From Patescibacteria group bacterium (GTDB lineage Bacteria > Patescibacteriota > Minisyncoccia > Phycocordibacterales > UBA9973), in assembly GCA_028868715.1 (NCBI GenBank), contig JAGWUB010000002.1, positions 145,716 to 209,715 on the forward strand: a stretch of DNA of 64,000 bases, in the 5' to 3' direction. Below the pieces are notes generated by a model. That model saw nothing but the letters and a program-made list of their open reading frames with translations. It was not told the origin of the DNA and did no database searches. Both the position numbers and the translations under genes were made by a program. Shown here piece by piece: positions 9,900-18,671 of the stretch; positions within the stretch are counted from its first letter, which is position 1, and the number at the start of each line of letters is the position of its first letter.

Positions 9900-11816
9900 T
9901 TATGCTTTAGGAGTTTCTCCTTCTGGTGGAGTTTCTTTGAAGTCAGCGTCTTTGACTTCAGAAGGCTGTTCTTCGGGAGTCGAAGATTCTGAGCCTGCTG
10001 AGGGATTATCACCTCCTGCTTTGGCCATAGCTTCGCCTATCTTAGACATTTCAGTAGAAAGTTCTTCGGTCGCTTTTTTAATTGCTTCCGCGTCAGTGCC
10101 ATCTTTCAATCCTCTTAGTGCTGTAATCTTAGTATTTACCTCATCTTTTAATTCTGTTGGAATTTTTTCTTCATTGTCTTTTAATGCTTTTTCAGCAGTA
10201 TAGATAATCATTTCCGCGGTATTTTTAATCTCTACCACTTCTTTTTTCTTATTATCTTCTTCCGCATGAAGCTCAGCGTCGGCTTGCATTTTCTTAATAT
10301 CTTCATCTTTTAGTCCAGAGCTGGCTTCTATTTTAATTGATTGTGATTTTCCAGAAGCCTTGTCTTTTGCCGTGACATTCAAGATTCCGTTGGCGTCCAC
10401 ATCAAACATCACTTCAATCTGCGGAATACCCCTAGGTGCAGGTGGAACTCCATCTAATATAAATCTACCCAAGGACTTGTTGTCGCTCGCCATTGGGCGC
10501 TCACCTTGCACTATATGTATTTCCACGGAGGTTTGGTTGTCAGCAGCAGTAGAGAATGTCTGTGATTTACTAGAAGGAATAGTTGTATTGCGTTCTACTA
10601 GCTTCGTAGCCACTCCACCGAGAGTTTCAATGCCGAGTGAAAGTGGAATCACATCCAGCAAAAGCACATCGCGCACATCTCCTTGTAGCACACCAGCTTG
10701 TACAGCAGCACCGAGTGCTACGACTTCATCCGGATTGATAGAAAGGTTTGGAGTTTTGCCGAAAACTTTTTTCACTTCTTCTACTATTTTTGGCATTCTG
10801 GTTTGTCCTCCAACCATGATAATCTCATTCATGTCTTCCATCTTGAATCCACTTGCTGTCATCGCGCGCTTGGTTATTTCTATGGAGCGAGTTATGTATT
10901 CATCGGCAATAGCTTCGAGTTGAGCGCGAGTCATTTTCAAGAGTAAGTGCTGTGGACCTTCTGCAGTAGAAGTGATGAATGGAATATTTATTTCAGTTTC
11001 AATAGAGGTTGAAAGTTCTATTTTTGCTTTCTCCGCCGCCTCATCTAGGCGTTGCAATGCAAGCTTGTCTTTACGCACATCTATGCCCGAAGTCTTTTTA
11101 TATTCTTCAGCGATCCAACCTATAATCTTGTGATCAATATCACGACCCCCAAGATGACTATCTCCATCTGTAGATTTCACTTCAATGACATCATCGCCAA
11201 TCTCAAGAACCGAAACATCGAAAGTTCCGCCACCGAAGTCGTACACAACTATTTTTTCATTTTTCTTTTTATTAAATCCGTAAGCAAGTGCCGCCGCTGT
11301 CGGTTCATTGATTATACGTTTTACATCAAGTCCGGCGATAGCTCCAGCATCTTTGGTTGCTTTTCTTTGCGCATCGTTAAAATATGCTGGCACAGTGATG
11401 ACGGCTTCAGTTACTTTTTCCCCAAGCTTCGCTTCGGCGTCAGATTTCATTTTTCCTAAAATCATCGCCGAGATTTCTTCCGGTCGCATCCACTTATCTC
11501 CAATCTTTACCTCAACGCCTCCATTGGTGGATTTTTGAATTTTAAAAGATGCATTTTTTAAATCTTTCTGAACTTCTGGATCGTCAAAATTGTGACCCAT
11601 AAAGCGCTTGATACCATAAACAGTATTTTCTGGGTTTGTAACTGCTTGTCTTTTAGCTAAGAGTCCTACGAGCCTATCGCCATTTTTAGCGATAGAAACG
11701 ATGGATGGCGTCGTACGAGCACCTTCTATATTTTCTATAATCTTTGGCACACCGCCCTCAATGACAGCTACTGCCGAATTTGTTGTACCTAAGTCTATTC
11801 CTATTATTTTTGACAT
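9900..11816 (-). CDS. dnaK: Chaperone DnaK (Hsp70)
   Basis: [24 protein letters not shown] and the other canonical Hsp70 motifs; acidic C-terminal tail. Confidence 0.95.
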   Translation of the reverse strand: MSKIIGIDLGTTNSAVAVIEGGVPKIIENIEGARTTPSIVSIAKNGDRLVGLLAKRQAVTNPENTVYGIKRFMGHNFDDPEVQKDLKNASFKIQKSTNGGVEVKIGDKWMRPEEISAMILGKMKSDAEAKLGEKVTEAVITVPAYFNDAQRKATKDAGAIAGLDVKRIINEPTAAALAYGFNKKKNEKIVVYDFGGGTFDVSVLEIGDDVIEVKSTDGDSHLGGRDIDHKIIGWIAEEYKKTSGIDVRKDKLALQRLDEAAEKAKIELSTSIETEINIPFITSTAEGPQHLLLKMTRAQLEAIADEYITRSIEITKRAMTASGFKMEDMNEIIMVGGQTRMPKIVEEVKKVFGKTPNLSINPDEVVALGAAVQAGVLQGDVRDVLLLDVIPLSLGIETLGGVATKLVERNTTIPSSKSQTFSTAADNQTSVEIHIVQGERPMASDNKSLGRFILDGVPPAPRGIPQIEVMFDVDANGILNVTAKDKASGKSQSIKIEASSGLKDEDIKKMQADAELHAEEDNKKKEVVEIKNTAEMIIYTAEKALKDNEEKIPTELKDEVNTKITALRGLKDGTDAEAIKKATEELSTEMSKIGEAMAKAGGDNPSAGSESSTPEEQPSEVKDADFKETPPEGETPKA

Positions 11817-11883
11817 ATATTTTTTTGATTAATACCACGCTTTTGGCGAGGCATACTTATAATTAAATAATTTATTTGATTTG

Positions 11884-11913
11884 ACAAGTATTTAGTGGTC
11901 ACGAAATACTTGT
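11884..11913. promoter_or_regulatory. Perfect 10-N10-10 palindrome (ACAAGTATTT-N10-AAATACTTGT) in the divergent dnaK / PaaX-like promoter region; candidate operator
   Basis: Seen directly in the sequence. It overlaps TTGACA/TTGTCA -35-like hexamers that can serve both strands. Confidence 0.4.
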
Positions 11914-11943
11914 ATAAATAAGTATATATGATATGCTATATGC

Positions 11944-12459
11944 ATGTCAAGCAAAAAAGACTATTCTAAGAAAATATTAAAGATTTTAGGAAAAAAATCA
12001 GCCGTTTCCCTGCCAGATTTGGAGATATTGGGAGCTAGTAACAAGTATGCGATTACTCGCTCTTTGAAGGGCCTGCGGGAAGCTGGATTAATAGAAAATA
12101 TTTCCTCTCCGCAAAATGAATATGCCCGCCTCACAAAGGAGGGAAAGAAAAAAGTACATAGCCTAGAACTAGAAAATGACACGACGTTGGTAAATACATC
12201 TTGGGATGGATTTTGGAGAATTATTTTGCTTGATTTGCCTGAGTCAAGAAAAAGTGAACGCGAAAGTCTACGCTACCTTTTGAAAAAAGCTGGTTTCGTT
12301 TGCTTAAAAAATTCGGCTTGGATTTCTCCTTATCCATATGAACATCTTTTTATGAATATCAAAAAAGATCTCGGGCTTACGTCAGAGATGATGATCATCG
12401 TCACTCAATTTGTGGATGAAGAAACAAAAAAAGTCCTCTTTAGCTCTTTCGGTAAATAA
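11944..12459 (+). CDS. PaaX-family winged-helix transcriptional regulator
   Basis: WDGFWRIILLDLPESRKSERESLRYLLKKAGFVCLKNSAWISPYP matches the PaaX C-terminal signature (WDGxW..L..D.PE...R..LR..L...GF..LQ.SVWISP). N-terminal wHTH. Confidence 0.55.
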   Translation: MSSKKDYSKKILKILGKKSAVSLPDLEILGASNKYAITRSLKGLREAGLIENISSPQNEYARLTKEGKKKVHSLELENDTTLVNTSWDGFWRIILLDLPESRKSERESLRYLLKKAGFVCLKNSAWISPYPYEHLFMNIKKDLGLTSEMMIIVTQFVDEETKKVLFSSFGK

Positions 12460-12492
12460 TCCTATTTCAGCCATGGCTGAAATAGGACTTTA
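12459..12492. terminator. Perfect 26-nt palindrome between the convergent PaaX-like gene and grpE (bidirectional terminator)
   Basis: CCTATTTCAGCC-AT-GGCTGAAATAGG. Confidence 0.5.
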
Positions 12493-13080
12493 GTTTCCTG
12501 CCTTGTATTCATATACATTTACGCGAGCGGGACGGATTACCCTGTCGCCGAGCTTATAGCCCTTTTGGGTGACTTTTGCAATTTTATGATTTGCTTCTTT
12601 GTCATCGGTTGGCACTGTTTCAATTGACTCGTGCATATTTGGATCAAAGCTCTCACCAACACTGCCGATCTCCTTGACTCCATATTCTTCAAAAATATTA
12701 ATTAGCTGTGAATAAATATGCTGAATTCCTATCCGCCAATTCAAATCTACTTTCTCCCATAGTTCTTTATTTGAAAAAGCCATATTAAAACTATCGATTA
12801 CTGAAAGAAAACGAGTTAAGATGTGCTCACGCAAACTTTCGCTATAATTTGCCTTTCTCTCATCTTCTTGTTTTCTATAATTAGCAAAATCAGCTCGCTC
12901 TTTCTGCCAACCATTTAAGTACTCTGCTTTTTCAGCCTTAGCAACTTTTAAATCTGCCCGGAGTTTCTTTAAAGTCTTTTTTAAATCCTCTTCGCCGTCA
13001 TCGTTGAATTCAAATTCAACTATTTCATCCTCGGGTTCGTCTGGATTTTTTTTCTCTTCTTCGTCTTTCATAGTGAGCAT
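12490..13080 (-). CDS. grpE: Nucleotide exchange factor GrpE
   Basis: GrpE coiled-coil and beta domain (ESFDPNMHESIET, RPARV). Start is set at MLTMKDEE (13080); MKDEE at 13071 is equally possible. The longer ORF-track start would run through the upstream terminator hairpin. Confidence 0.85.
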   Translation of the reverse strand: MLTMKDEEEKKNPDEPEDEIVEFEFNDDGEEDLKKTLKKLRADLKVAKAEKAEYLNGWQKERADFANYRKQEDERKANYSESLREHILTRFLSVIDSFNMAFSNKELWEKVDLNWRIGIQHIYSQLINIFEEYGVKEIGSVGESFDPNMHESIETVPTDDKEANHKIAKVTQKGYKLGDRVIRPARVNVYEYKAGN

Positions 13081-13085
13081 TTTAA

Positions 13086-13118
13086 CACAAAAAAGCCCCT
13101 TCGAAAAGGGGCTTTTTA
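13086..13118 (-). terminator. Rho-independent terminator after rpsI (also usable on the + strand)
   Basis: AGCCCCTT-CGAA-AAGGGGCT flanked by A- and T-runs. Confidence 0.55.
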
Positions 13119-13222
13119 AAAATTTAGAATCGTGGTCAATACCCGTATCCCCTCCTATTTCCTGCTCGCAAGCTCGCATCGGAAATTTCCTCTTGCACGG
13201 AATCGGAGTAACAGATAAGCAG

Positions 13223-13663
13223 TTATCTTTTACTCCACTTAGGTGCTTTACGAGCCTTTTTGAGACCGAATTTGCGACGTTCCTTGGCTCTAGGGTCACG
13301 CTTTAAGAATCCAAGTGTTTTTAAACCACTGTGTAGTTCTTCATCAGATTTTACGAGAGCGCGAGAAAGTCCATGGCGAACAGCTTCAGCTTGGCTGTGA
13401 ATTCCCCCACCAGAAACTTTTGCTTCAACGCTCCACTTAATAGTCTTATCTGGCGCTTCTGCCAATCCTTTGACTATTGGATCTAAGATCAAACCACGTT
13501 GTTCATCTGTTTGAAAATATTCCTTAGAGTCTTTTGAGTTAACAATAAAGCTAGCCTTACTAGATGCTGTGATACGCACTCTAGCAGTCGAAGTTTTTCT
13601 TCTTCCTACGGCTTCAATATATTTTTCTTTTTTAGTTTCTGTTGCCATATTTTTATTCTTCAA
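13223..13663 (-). CDS. rpsI: 30S ribosomal protein S9
   Basis: GRRKTSTARVRI...GGGIHSQAEAVRHGLSRAL...KKARKAPKWSKR. Start may instead be the MATETKK Met at 13648. Confidence 0.9.
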   Translation of the reverse strand: MKNKNMATETKKEKYIEAVGRRKTSTARVRITASSKASFIVNSKDSKEYFQTDEQRGLILDPIVKGLAEAPDKTIKWSVEAKVSGGGIHSQAEAVRHGLSRALVKSDEELHSGLKTLGFLKRDPRAKERRKFGLKKARKAPKWSKR

Positions 13664-14033
13664 CTGTTAAATTTTTCATCATTGTTCGGCGAAGTTTGTT
13701 TCCCGGCAACATGTGGTAAGTTGCTAGTCTTACTAATTCCCTCATTCCCTTTTTTTCTTTTGTTTCTGTACCTTTTAAAATACGAAGCCCACCTGGAATT
13801 CCTGAATATCTAGCGTGATAAATACTTTCTAATTTTTTTGGAGTGATACGAATTTTTGAGGCATTGATAACTTTTACAGGTACACCAGAGTAAACATTGC
13901 GTTCAAAAGTCGCTTTTGTTTTACCTAGTAGGTTTATAGCTACCTCTGACGCCACTCGGCCAAGCGTTCTACCACTTGCATCTATGGTCTTTATCTCTTT
14001 TGTATTTTTCTGTATTTTGGTTGTTGTTTTCAT
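13653..14033 (-). CDS. rplM: 50S ribosomal protein L13
   Basis: GRVASEVA..LLGK motif; standard S9/L13 pairing. Confidence 0.9.
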   Translation of the reverse strand: MKTTTKIQKNTKEIKTIDASGRTLGRVASEVAINLLGKTKATFERNVYSGVPVKVINASKIRITPKKLESIYHARYSGIPGGLRILKGTETKEKKGMRELVRLATYHMLPGNKLRRTMMKNLTVEE

Positions 14034-14049
14034 GTGATTTTAATTTATA

Positions 14050-14406
14050 TTATACAAATTCAATAATCGCCATTGGGGCTCCGTCAGATTTTCGTACTCC
14101 AAGTTTTAAAACTCTGGTATATCCACCTTTTTTATCGGCATATTTTGGAGCAATCACTTCAAAAAGTTTTTTTACTTCGCGAGTATGACTACCGCCCAAT
14201 TTAGAAATTATCAGTCTGCGACCAGCTGGAGTTCCAACCTTAGCACGAGTTACTAGCTTCTCAACGAATGGTCGTACTTCTTTTGCTTTTGCTAGTGTTG
14301 TTTTTATTTTTCCGCGAGTAATCAAATTAAATGCCAAAGAATTTAGAAGTGCTCTCCTTTGGGTCTTGCTTCGGCCAAATTTTCGGTTGCTGTTGTGATG
14401 TCTCAT
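14050..14406 (-). CDS. rplQ: 50S ribosomal protein L17
   Basis: MRHHNSNRKFGRSKTQRRALL...TTLAKAKE, with rpoA directly upstream. Confidence 0.9.
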   Translation of the reverse strand: MRHHNSNRKFGRSKTQRRALLNSLAFNLITRGKIKTTLAKAKEVRPFVEKLVTRAKVGTPAGRRLIISKLGGSHTREVKKLFEVIAPKYADKKGGYTRVLKLGVRKSDGAPMAIIEFV

Positions 14407-14407
14407 A

Positions 14408-15388
14408 TTACTCTTTTAAATTAAGGCCAAATTTACCCAAAACTTTTTTAATTTCAGTAATTCCTTTTTCTCCGATACCTTCAACCTCTAATAAATCTTC
14501 TCTCTTTTTACGTGCCAAACCTCCGAGTGTTCGAATGTTTGCATTGGTCAACGCATTTAATGTCCTGGTAGAAAGATCTAGACTGTCGGTTCTAGTTTTT
14601 AAAACATCAGCAAAGTCTGGTTCCTTTTCTGACTCATCTTTTTCTTTGCCAGCACTTTTAGTAAGTACTTCCGCTTCTTCTGATATAGGAATTTCTATTT
14701 CTTTGAAATCAACGATCGCCTTTAGTTGCTTGATCATAATCTCAATTGATTGAGTAAGTGCTTCACGTGGAGTGAGGGTGCCATTAGTTTCGATTGAAAT
14801 TCGTAGTCGATTAAAGTTTGTCTTATCGCCAACACGCATATTTTCAACCTCGTAAGCTACGCGACGAATCGGAGTAAATATAGCATCCACAGTAATCGTA
14901 CCAACATCAACTTTTTCCTTATGAAAAACCTCTTTGGATATAAAGCCTAGACCTTTTTCAACTTTCATTTCAATATTTAAATTTATTTTGCCGGTCACTT
15001 CAGCTATATGCTGTTCTGGATTTAAAATTTCAACTTGTCCGCTAGTTTTTATGTCAGCAGCAGTCACTGTCTTAGGACTCTTTACAGAAAGCGTAACTGT
15101 CTGCGGTTCATCAGAAAGCATTTTAAAACGAGTCTTTTTTAGATTCAAAATCATTACAATTACATCCTCTTTGATTCCATCTATTGTTTGAAATTCATGA
15201 GAAACGCCATCAATCTTGATAGAGGTGATGCTCGCGCCAGGCAAAGAAGAAAGAATAATCCTTCTCAAGCTATTACCTAAGGTATGTCCATAACCGGGAT
15301 ATAAACCATCGATTTCAAACACTCCTTTATTTTCATCTTCTAAGACTACACGAGGTTTGGATGGTATAATTATTTTATATTCTGGCAT
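14408..15388 (-). CDS. rpoA: DNA-directed RNA polymerase alpha subunit
   Basis: [23 protein letters not shown] N-terminal domain, a linker, and the C-terminal (alpha-CTD) HhH domain. Confidence 0.9.
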   Translation of the reverse strand: [326 protein letters not shown]

Positions 15389-15414
15389 AATAATTTTTTA
15401 TTAAAAATGATAAA

Positions 15415-16017
15415 TTAACGACTATAGAATTCAAGCACCGCATTTAAGTTTAAAAAAGTTTCCACGTTCTTAGGTTTAGCTAAAATATTTCCTTCCATCT
15501 TACCCAAGTCAAAGGAAACCCAAGGAGGGGTAGTATAGTCTTTCAGCTTAGCTGCCAACTCTTGAAAAATTTTCTTGCTTTTTGATCCTTCCCTAATTTT
15601 TATTATATCTCCAGGCTTTAATTCATATGAAGGTATAGTGACCTTGTGACCATCTACTATGAAGTGTCCGTGAGAAACCATCTGCCTAGCTGCACGCCTA
15701 CTTGGCGCTAGACCCATTCTATAAATTACGTTATCCAAACGAAGCTCAAGGCCTTCGTAAAATTTCTCTACTGTACCGGCACCCTTGATGTTTGAGGCTT
15801 TTTTGACATAGTTAGAAAGTTGGTGTTCGGTGACTCCATAAGAAAATCTAACTTTTTGTTTTTCAATAAACTGAATTCCGTATTCAGAAAGGGCCTTTGG
15901 GCGCTTGCCACCAAACGCACCTCGAGTAGTCGCAACAGAAAACTTTGCAGTCTGACATTTGTCATATACTCCTGGGCCAAGTCTTCTACAAATTTTAAAT
16001 TTTGGTTTGGATATCAT
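15415..16017 (-). CDS. rpsD: 30S ribosomal protein S4
   Basis: S4 N-terminal region and S4 RNA-binding domain; falls at the expected position in the S13-S11-S4-rpoA-L17 gene order. Confidence 0.9.
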   Translation of the reverse strand: MISKPKFKICRRLGPGVYDKCQTAKFSVATTRGAFGGKRPKALSEYGIQFIEKQKVRFSYGVTEHQLSNYVKKASNIKGAGTVEKFYEGLELRLDNVIYRMGLAPSRRAARQMVSHGHFIVDGHKVTIPSYELKPGDIIKIREGSKSKKIFQELAAKLKDYTTPPWVSFDLGKMEGNILAKPKNVETFLNLNAVLEFYSR

Positions 16018-16060
16018 ATAAAATTATTTTAAAGTTGTTAGATTCATAAAGTTTCAAAAA

Positions 16061-16486
16061 TTATACTCGTCTTGGCTTTTTAGCTTTTGGTCCATTGTGA
16101 GGCACAGGAGTTCTGTCTACAATAGAAGTAATCTGAATTCCATGAGCCATAAATGCTCTGATTGCCGATTCACGCCCAGACCCAACACCTAAGACCACAA
16201 CATCTGCATCTTTGACTCCGAGAGCAGTAGCTTTACCACCAATCAAATCACCTACTTTGGAAGCCACAAAAGGTGTTCCTTTTTTTGCTCCTCGAAAACC
16301 CAAACTTCCAGCGCTTGACCAAAACAATGTGTTGCCAGCTTTATCAGAAAAAAGAACTTTTGTGTTGTTGAAGGTAGCCTCAATGTGCAAAACTCCAGAA
16401 GTAATTTTCTTCTTTGAAGATTTTGGAGAAACTTTCTCCTCTACCTTTTCCTCGGTTGGTTCTGTTGTGTCTTTGGTCTTTGTCAT
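16061..16486 (-). CDS. rpsK: 30S ribosomal protein S11
   Basis: HIEATFNNTKV...WSSAGSLGFRGAKKGTPF. Confidence 0.9.
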   Translation of the reverse strand: MTKTKDTTEPTEEKVEEKVSPKSSKKKITSGVLHIEATFNNTKVLFSDKAGNTLFWSSAGSLGFRGAKKGTPFVASKVGDLIGGKATALGVKDADVVVLGVGSGRESAIRAFMAHGIQITSIVDRTPVPHNGPKAKKPRRV

Positions 16487-16489
16487 AAA

Positions 16490-16870
16490 TTATGTTTTAC
16501 TTTCCTTTCTCTTTCCTGATGCCATGGTTCTACGTACGTTACCTCTGATAGTCCTAGAATTGGTTTTGGTACGTTGACCTCGCACTGGTAATCTTTTTAT
16601 ATGTCTAATTCCTCTGTAACTTTTTACATCCTTAAGTCTTTTGATGTTGCCTGATATTTCTCTTTTCAAATTCCCTTCTATGGTCATACTTTCGATAACT
16701 GCGCGGATTTTATTTTCTTCTACGGGTGTTAAGCTCTTAGCATGACGACCTCTCTCAATACCGACTTTATCTAAAATTTTACGAGACGTTGATAACCCGA
16801 TACCGTAAAGGACTGTCAGCCCAAATTCTAATCGTTTTTCATCTGGTATTGTAATTCCAAGAATTCTCAT
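16490..16870 (-). CDS. rpsM: 30S ribosomal protein S13
   Basis: MRILGITIPDEKRLEFGLTVLYGIGLSTSRKIL. Confidence 0.9.
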   Translation of the reverse strand: MRILGITIPDEKRLEFGLTVLYGIGLSTSRKILDKVGIERGRHAKSLTPVEENKIRAVIESMTIEGNLKREISGNIKRLKDVKSYRGIRHIKRLPVRGQRTKTNSRTIRGNVRRTMASGKRKESKT

Positions 16871-16872
16871 AA

Positions 16873-16983
16873 TTATTGTTTTTGTTTATGTTTAGGGTTG
16901 GTGCAAATAATCCTTAAATGCCTGGCTCTTTTAACCATTTTGCAGTTATTACATATTTTTTTTACTGCTGATTTGATTTTCAT
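16873..16983 (-). CDS. rpmJ: 50S ribosomal protein L36 (36 aa; too short for the ORF track)
   Basis: Translates to MKIKSAVKKICNNCKMVKRARHLRIICTNPKHKQKQ (L36 C-x2-C-x12-C-x4-H motif). Sits at the canonical position between infA and rpsM. Confidence 0.8.
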   Translation of the reverse strand: MKIKSAVKKICNNCKMVKRARHLRIICTNPKHKQKQ

Positions 16984-17007
16984 AAAATATTTTACCCATT
17001 AACCAAA

Positions 17008-17042
17008 ATGACACAAAAAAAGGGAAAAACCCTTATTTTTCA
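17008..17042 (-). terminator. Rho-independent terminator between infA and rpmJ
   Basis: AAGGG-TTTTT-CCCTT followed by TTTTTTTG on the minus strand. Confidence 0.55.
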
Positions 17043-17096
17043 ATGCTATCTCTTTTTAAAAACTATGTTTAATATAATACACTACTATTAAAAAAA

Positions 17097-17327
17097 TTAC
17101 AACCTCTTGACTATCCTCCCTTTTCCACCATAGGAATCAAGGACAACTTCGACTGAATCTCCAATTAAAACTTTAATTCTATGCATACGCATCTTACCTG
17201 ACAAATATGCCAAAATTTCTTTCTCTTCTTCCTTGTCTTCTATTTTGACTCTAAACAAAGTAGAGGGCAATGCTTCTGTGACAACCCCCCTTGCCGTTGC
17301 TGGTTTTTGATTTTTAGAATCGCTCAT
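17097..17327 (-). CDS. infA: Translation initiation factor IF-1
   Basis: FRVKIEDKEE...YLSGKMRMHRIKVLIGDSVEVVL S1-like fold. Confidence 0.9.
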   Translation of the reverse strand: MSDSKNQKPATARGVVTEALPSTLFRVKIEDKEEEKEILAYLSGKMRMHRIKVLIGDSVEVVLDSYGGKGRIVKRL

Positions 17328-17373
17328 TTATATTTTTATATTCTAGCAGAATTAGAGATTAAGGTCAACCTTT

Positions 17374-18669
17374 TTACTTTGGATAATTCACAAGGACTTT
17401 TATGTCTTTGAGCTTACTTGGTAAGGATCTTATCCAAAATGGACTAAGTACTAGCTGGGCAGAATCAACGTTTGGATATTGTGATAATATTTGATTGAAA
17501 TCACTTTTTGATTTACCGAGCAAGTCTTCTCCGAATTTAGCATCATCAAATTTCCAGACAATTTTTGCGCTACCTGACAAATTGAAGTTTATGTTTTGGA
17601 TATCGCTGAAGGAAGTTCCTTGGTCAACAGGACTTGTCTGTCCTGCTGGTAAAGAAAAGACTAGGTCTTTGATGTTGGGTATATAAACTTCACTGCCATC
17701 ATAGTTTGAGATAACATCTTTAGCAATTTTTTGGGTTAGACTTTTTTCATTAAATAGAAAACCGTACAGGGTACCTTTGACAGTTACAGGTAAGGTACCA
17801 CCACCTGGGGCAAATTCTACATTTTCTGAATCTATGTTTAGAAAGGCTGCATTTTTGAATAAGACAAATCCATTCGGAATCTGGTCGATTGCCTTTTGGA
17901 AAAGTTTGGTTTGTAAAACTGTTTGAAGCTGTGCAAAAGCGTTCTCCTTATCAACATCGGAAATAACTGGCGACTTGCCTTTAAATCCTCCGTTAATGGA
18001 TCCGTTACTTCTTCCGTAAAATTTATCATATTTAGCGGTTCCTTTGAATCCTAATATTTTAAAATCGATTGGATCGCTATTGTATTCTGCACCAGCTTGA
18101 GCCCCTTGGATATCTACTGCAACTTTTCCAGGAGTGCCGTCTGTATTTACCCCTGGCACAATTGCACTAGCTGTAGTTTCATAAATTTTTCCGTTTGAAC
18201 CTTCCAGTTTTGTATTTATAGAAAGTTTCTGAGGAACAGAACTAAATGTATTATAAATAAAAACAGATCCTTTAGCGTTTATGGAAACATCCTGCTCTGC
18301 TCCTGCTGGCACTTGCTCAGTTTCATCACCAGAAATAATAACCAGATCAAAAGCTAGACCATCAGGATTTATATCTTTAATCGCAGATAAATTTTCATTC
18401 AAAGGAAAATCTTGTATTTTTGGGTTTACGGTAACTTGTGCCTTAGCAAAAAAGAAAGAGAGTGCAAAAACAAAAAATGCTATGGAGATGAGGGCTATAA
18501 ACCAAAGGCCAGAGTGAGAATTTTTTCTATCTTGTTGTCTAAATTCTTGTACATTGGGATATGTTGGAATCTCTTTTCTAGAAATTTCTTTTTTGAGAAT
18601 CTCTTTTTGGGGAATTTCTCGCTGAGTTCTCTTTGCTTTTACCATATCTTGAAACAAATTTTTGGCCAT
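17374..18669 (-). CDS. Bitopic membrane protein of unknown function (cytoplasmic N-terminus, one TM helix, ~360-aa extracytoplasmic domain)
   Basis: Hydrophobic segment LWFIALISIAFFVFALSFFFA. Directly downstream of the PilM/FtsA-like gene; possibly PilN/PilO- or FtsQ/DivIB-like. Confidence 0.4.
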   Translation of the reverse strand: MAKNLFQDMVKAKRTQREIPQKEILKKEISRKEIPTYPNVQEFRQQDRKNSHSGLWFIALISIAFFVFALSFFFAKAQVTVNPKIQDFPLNENLSAIKDINPDGLAFDLVIISGDETEQVPAGAEQDVSINAKGSVFIYNTFSSVPQKLSINTKLEGSNGKIYETTASAIVPGVNTDGTPGKVAVDIQGAQAGAEYNSDPIDFKILGFKGTAKYDKFYGRSNGSINGGFKGKSPVISDVDKENAFAQLQTVLQTKLFQKAIDQIPNGFVLFKNAAFLNIDSENVEFAPGGGTLPVTVKGTLYGFLFNEKSLTQKIAKDVISNYDGSEVYIPNIKDLVFSLPAGQTSPVDQGTSFSDIQNINFNLSGSAKIVWKFDDAKFGEDLLGKSKSDFNQILSQYPNVDSAQLVLSPFWIRSLPSKLKDIKVLVNYPK

Positions 18670-18671
18670 AA

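Noticed and set aside
10360-10923. Long antisense ORFs inside dnaK (10360-10923, 11052-11459), clpB (31269-32342), gyrA (46069-46500), the VirD4-like genes (7793-8407) and other genes
   Set aside because: They lie entirely within well-supported conserved genes on the opposite strand, have biased low-complexity composition and no recognisable motifs; they are typical spurious antisense ORFs.
11817-13222. A CIRCE element (HrcA operator) upstream of dnaK or grpE
   Set aside because: TTAGCACTC-N9-GAGTGCTAA or close variants are absent; the different 10-N10-10 palindrome is reported instead.
13119-13222. Extended grpE N-terminus (ORF-track start at 13299)
   Set aside because: The extension would read through the rpsI terminator hairpin and overlap rpsI. 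GrpE homology begins at MLTMKDEE/MKDEE, immediately after a -10-like TTAAAAT.
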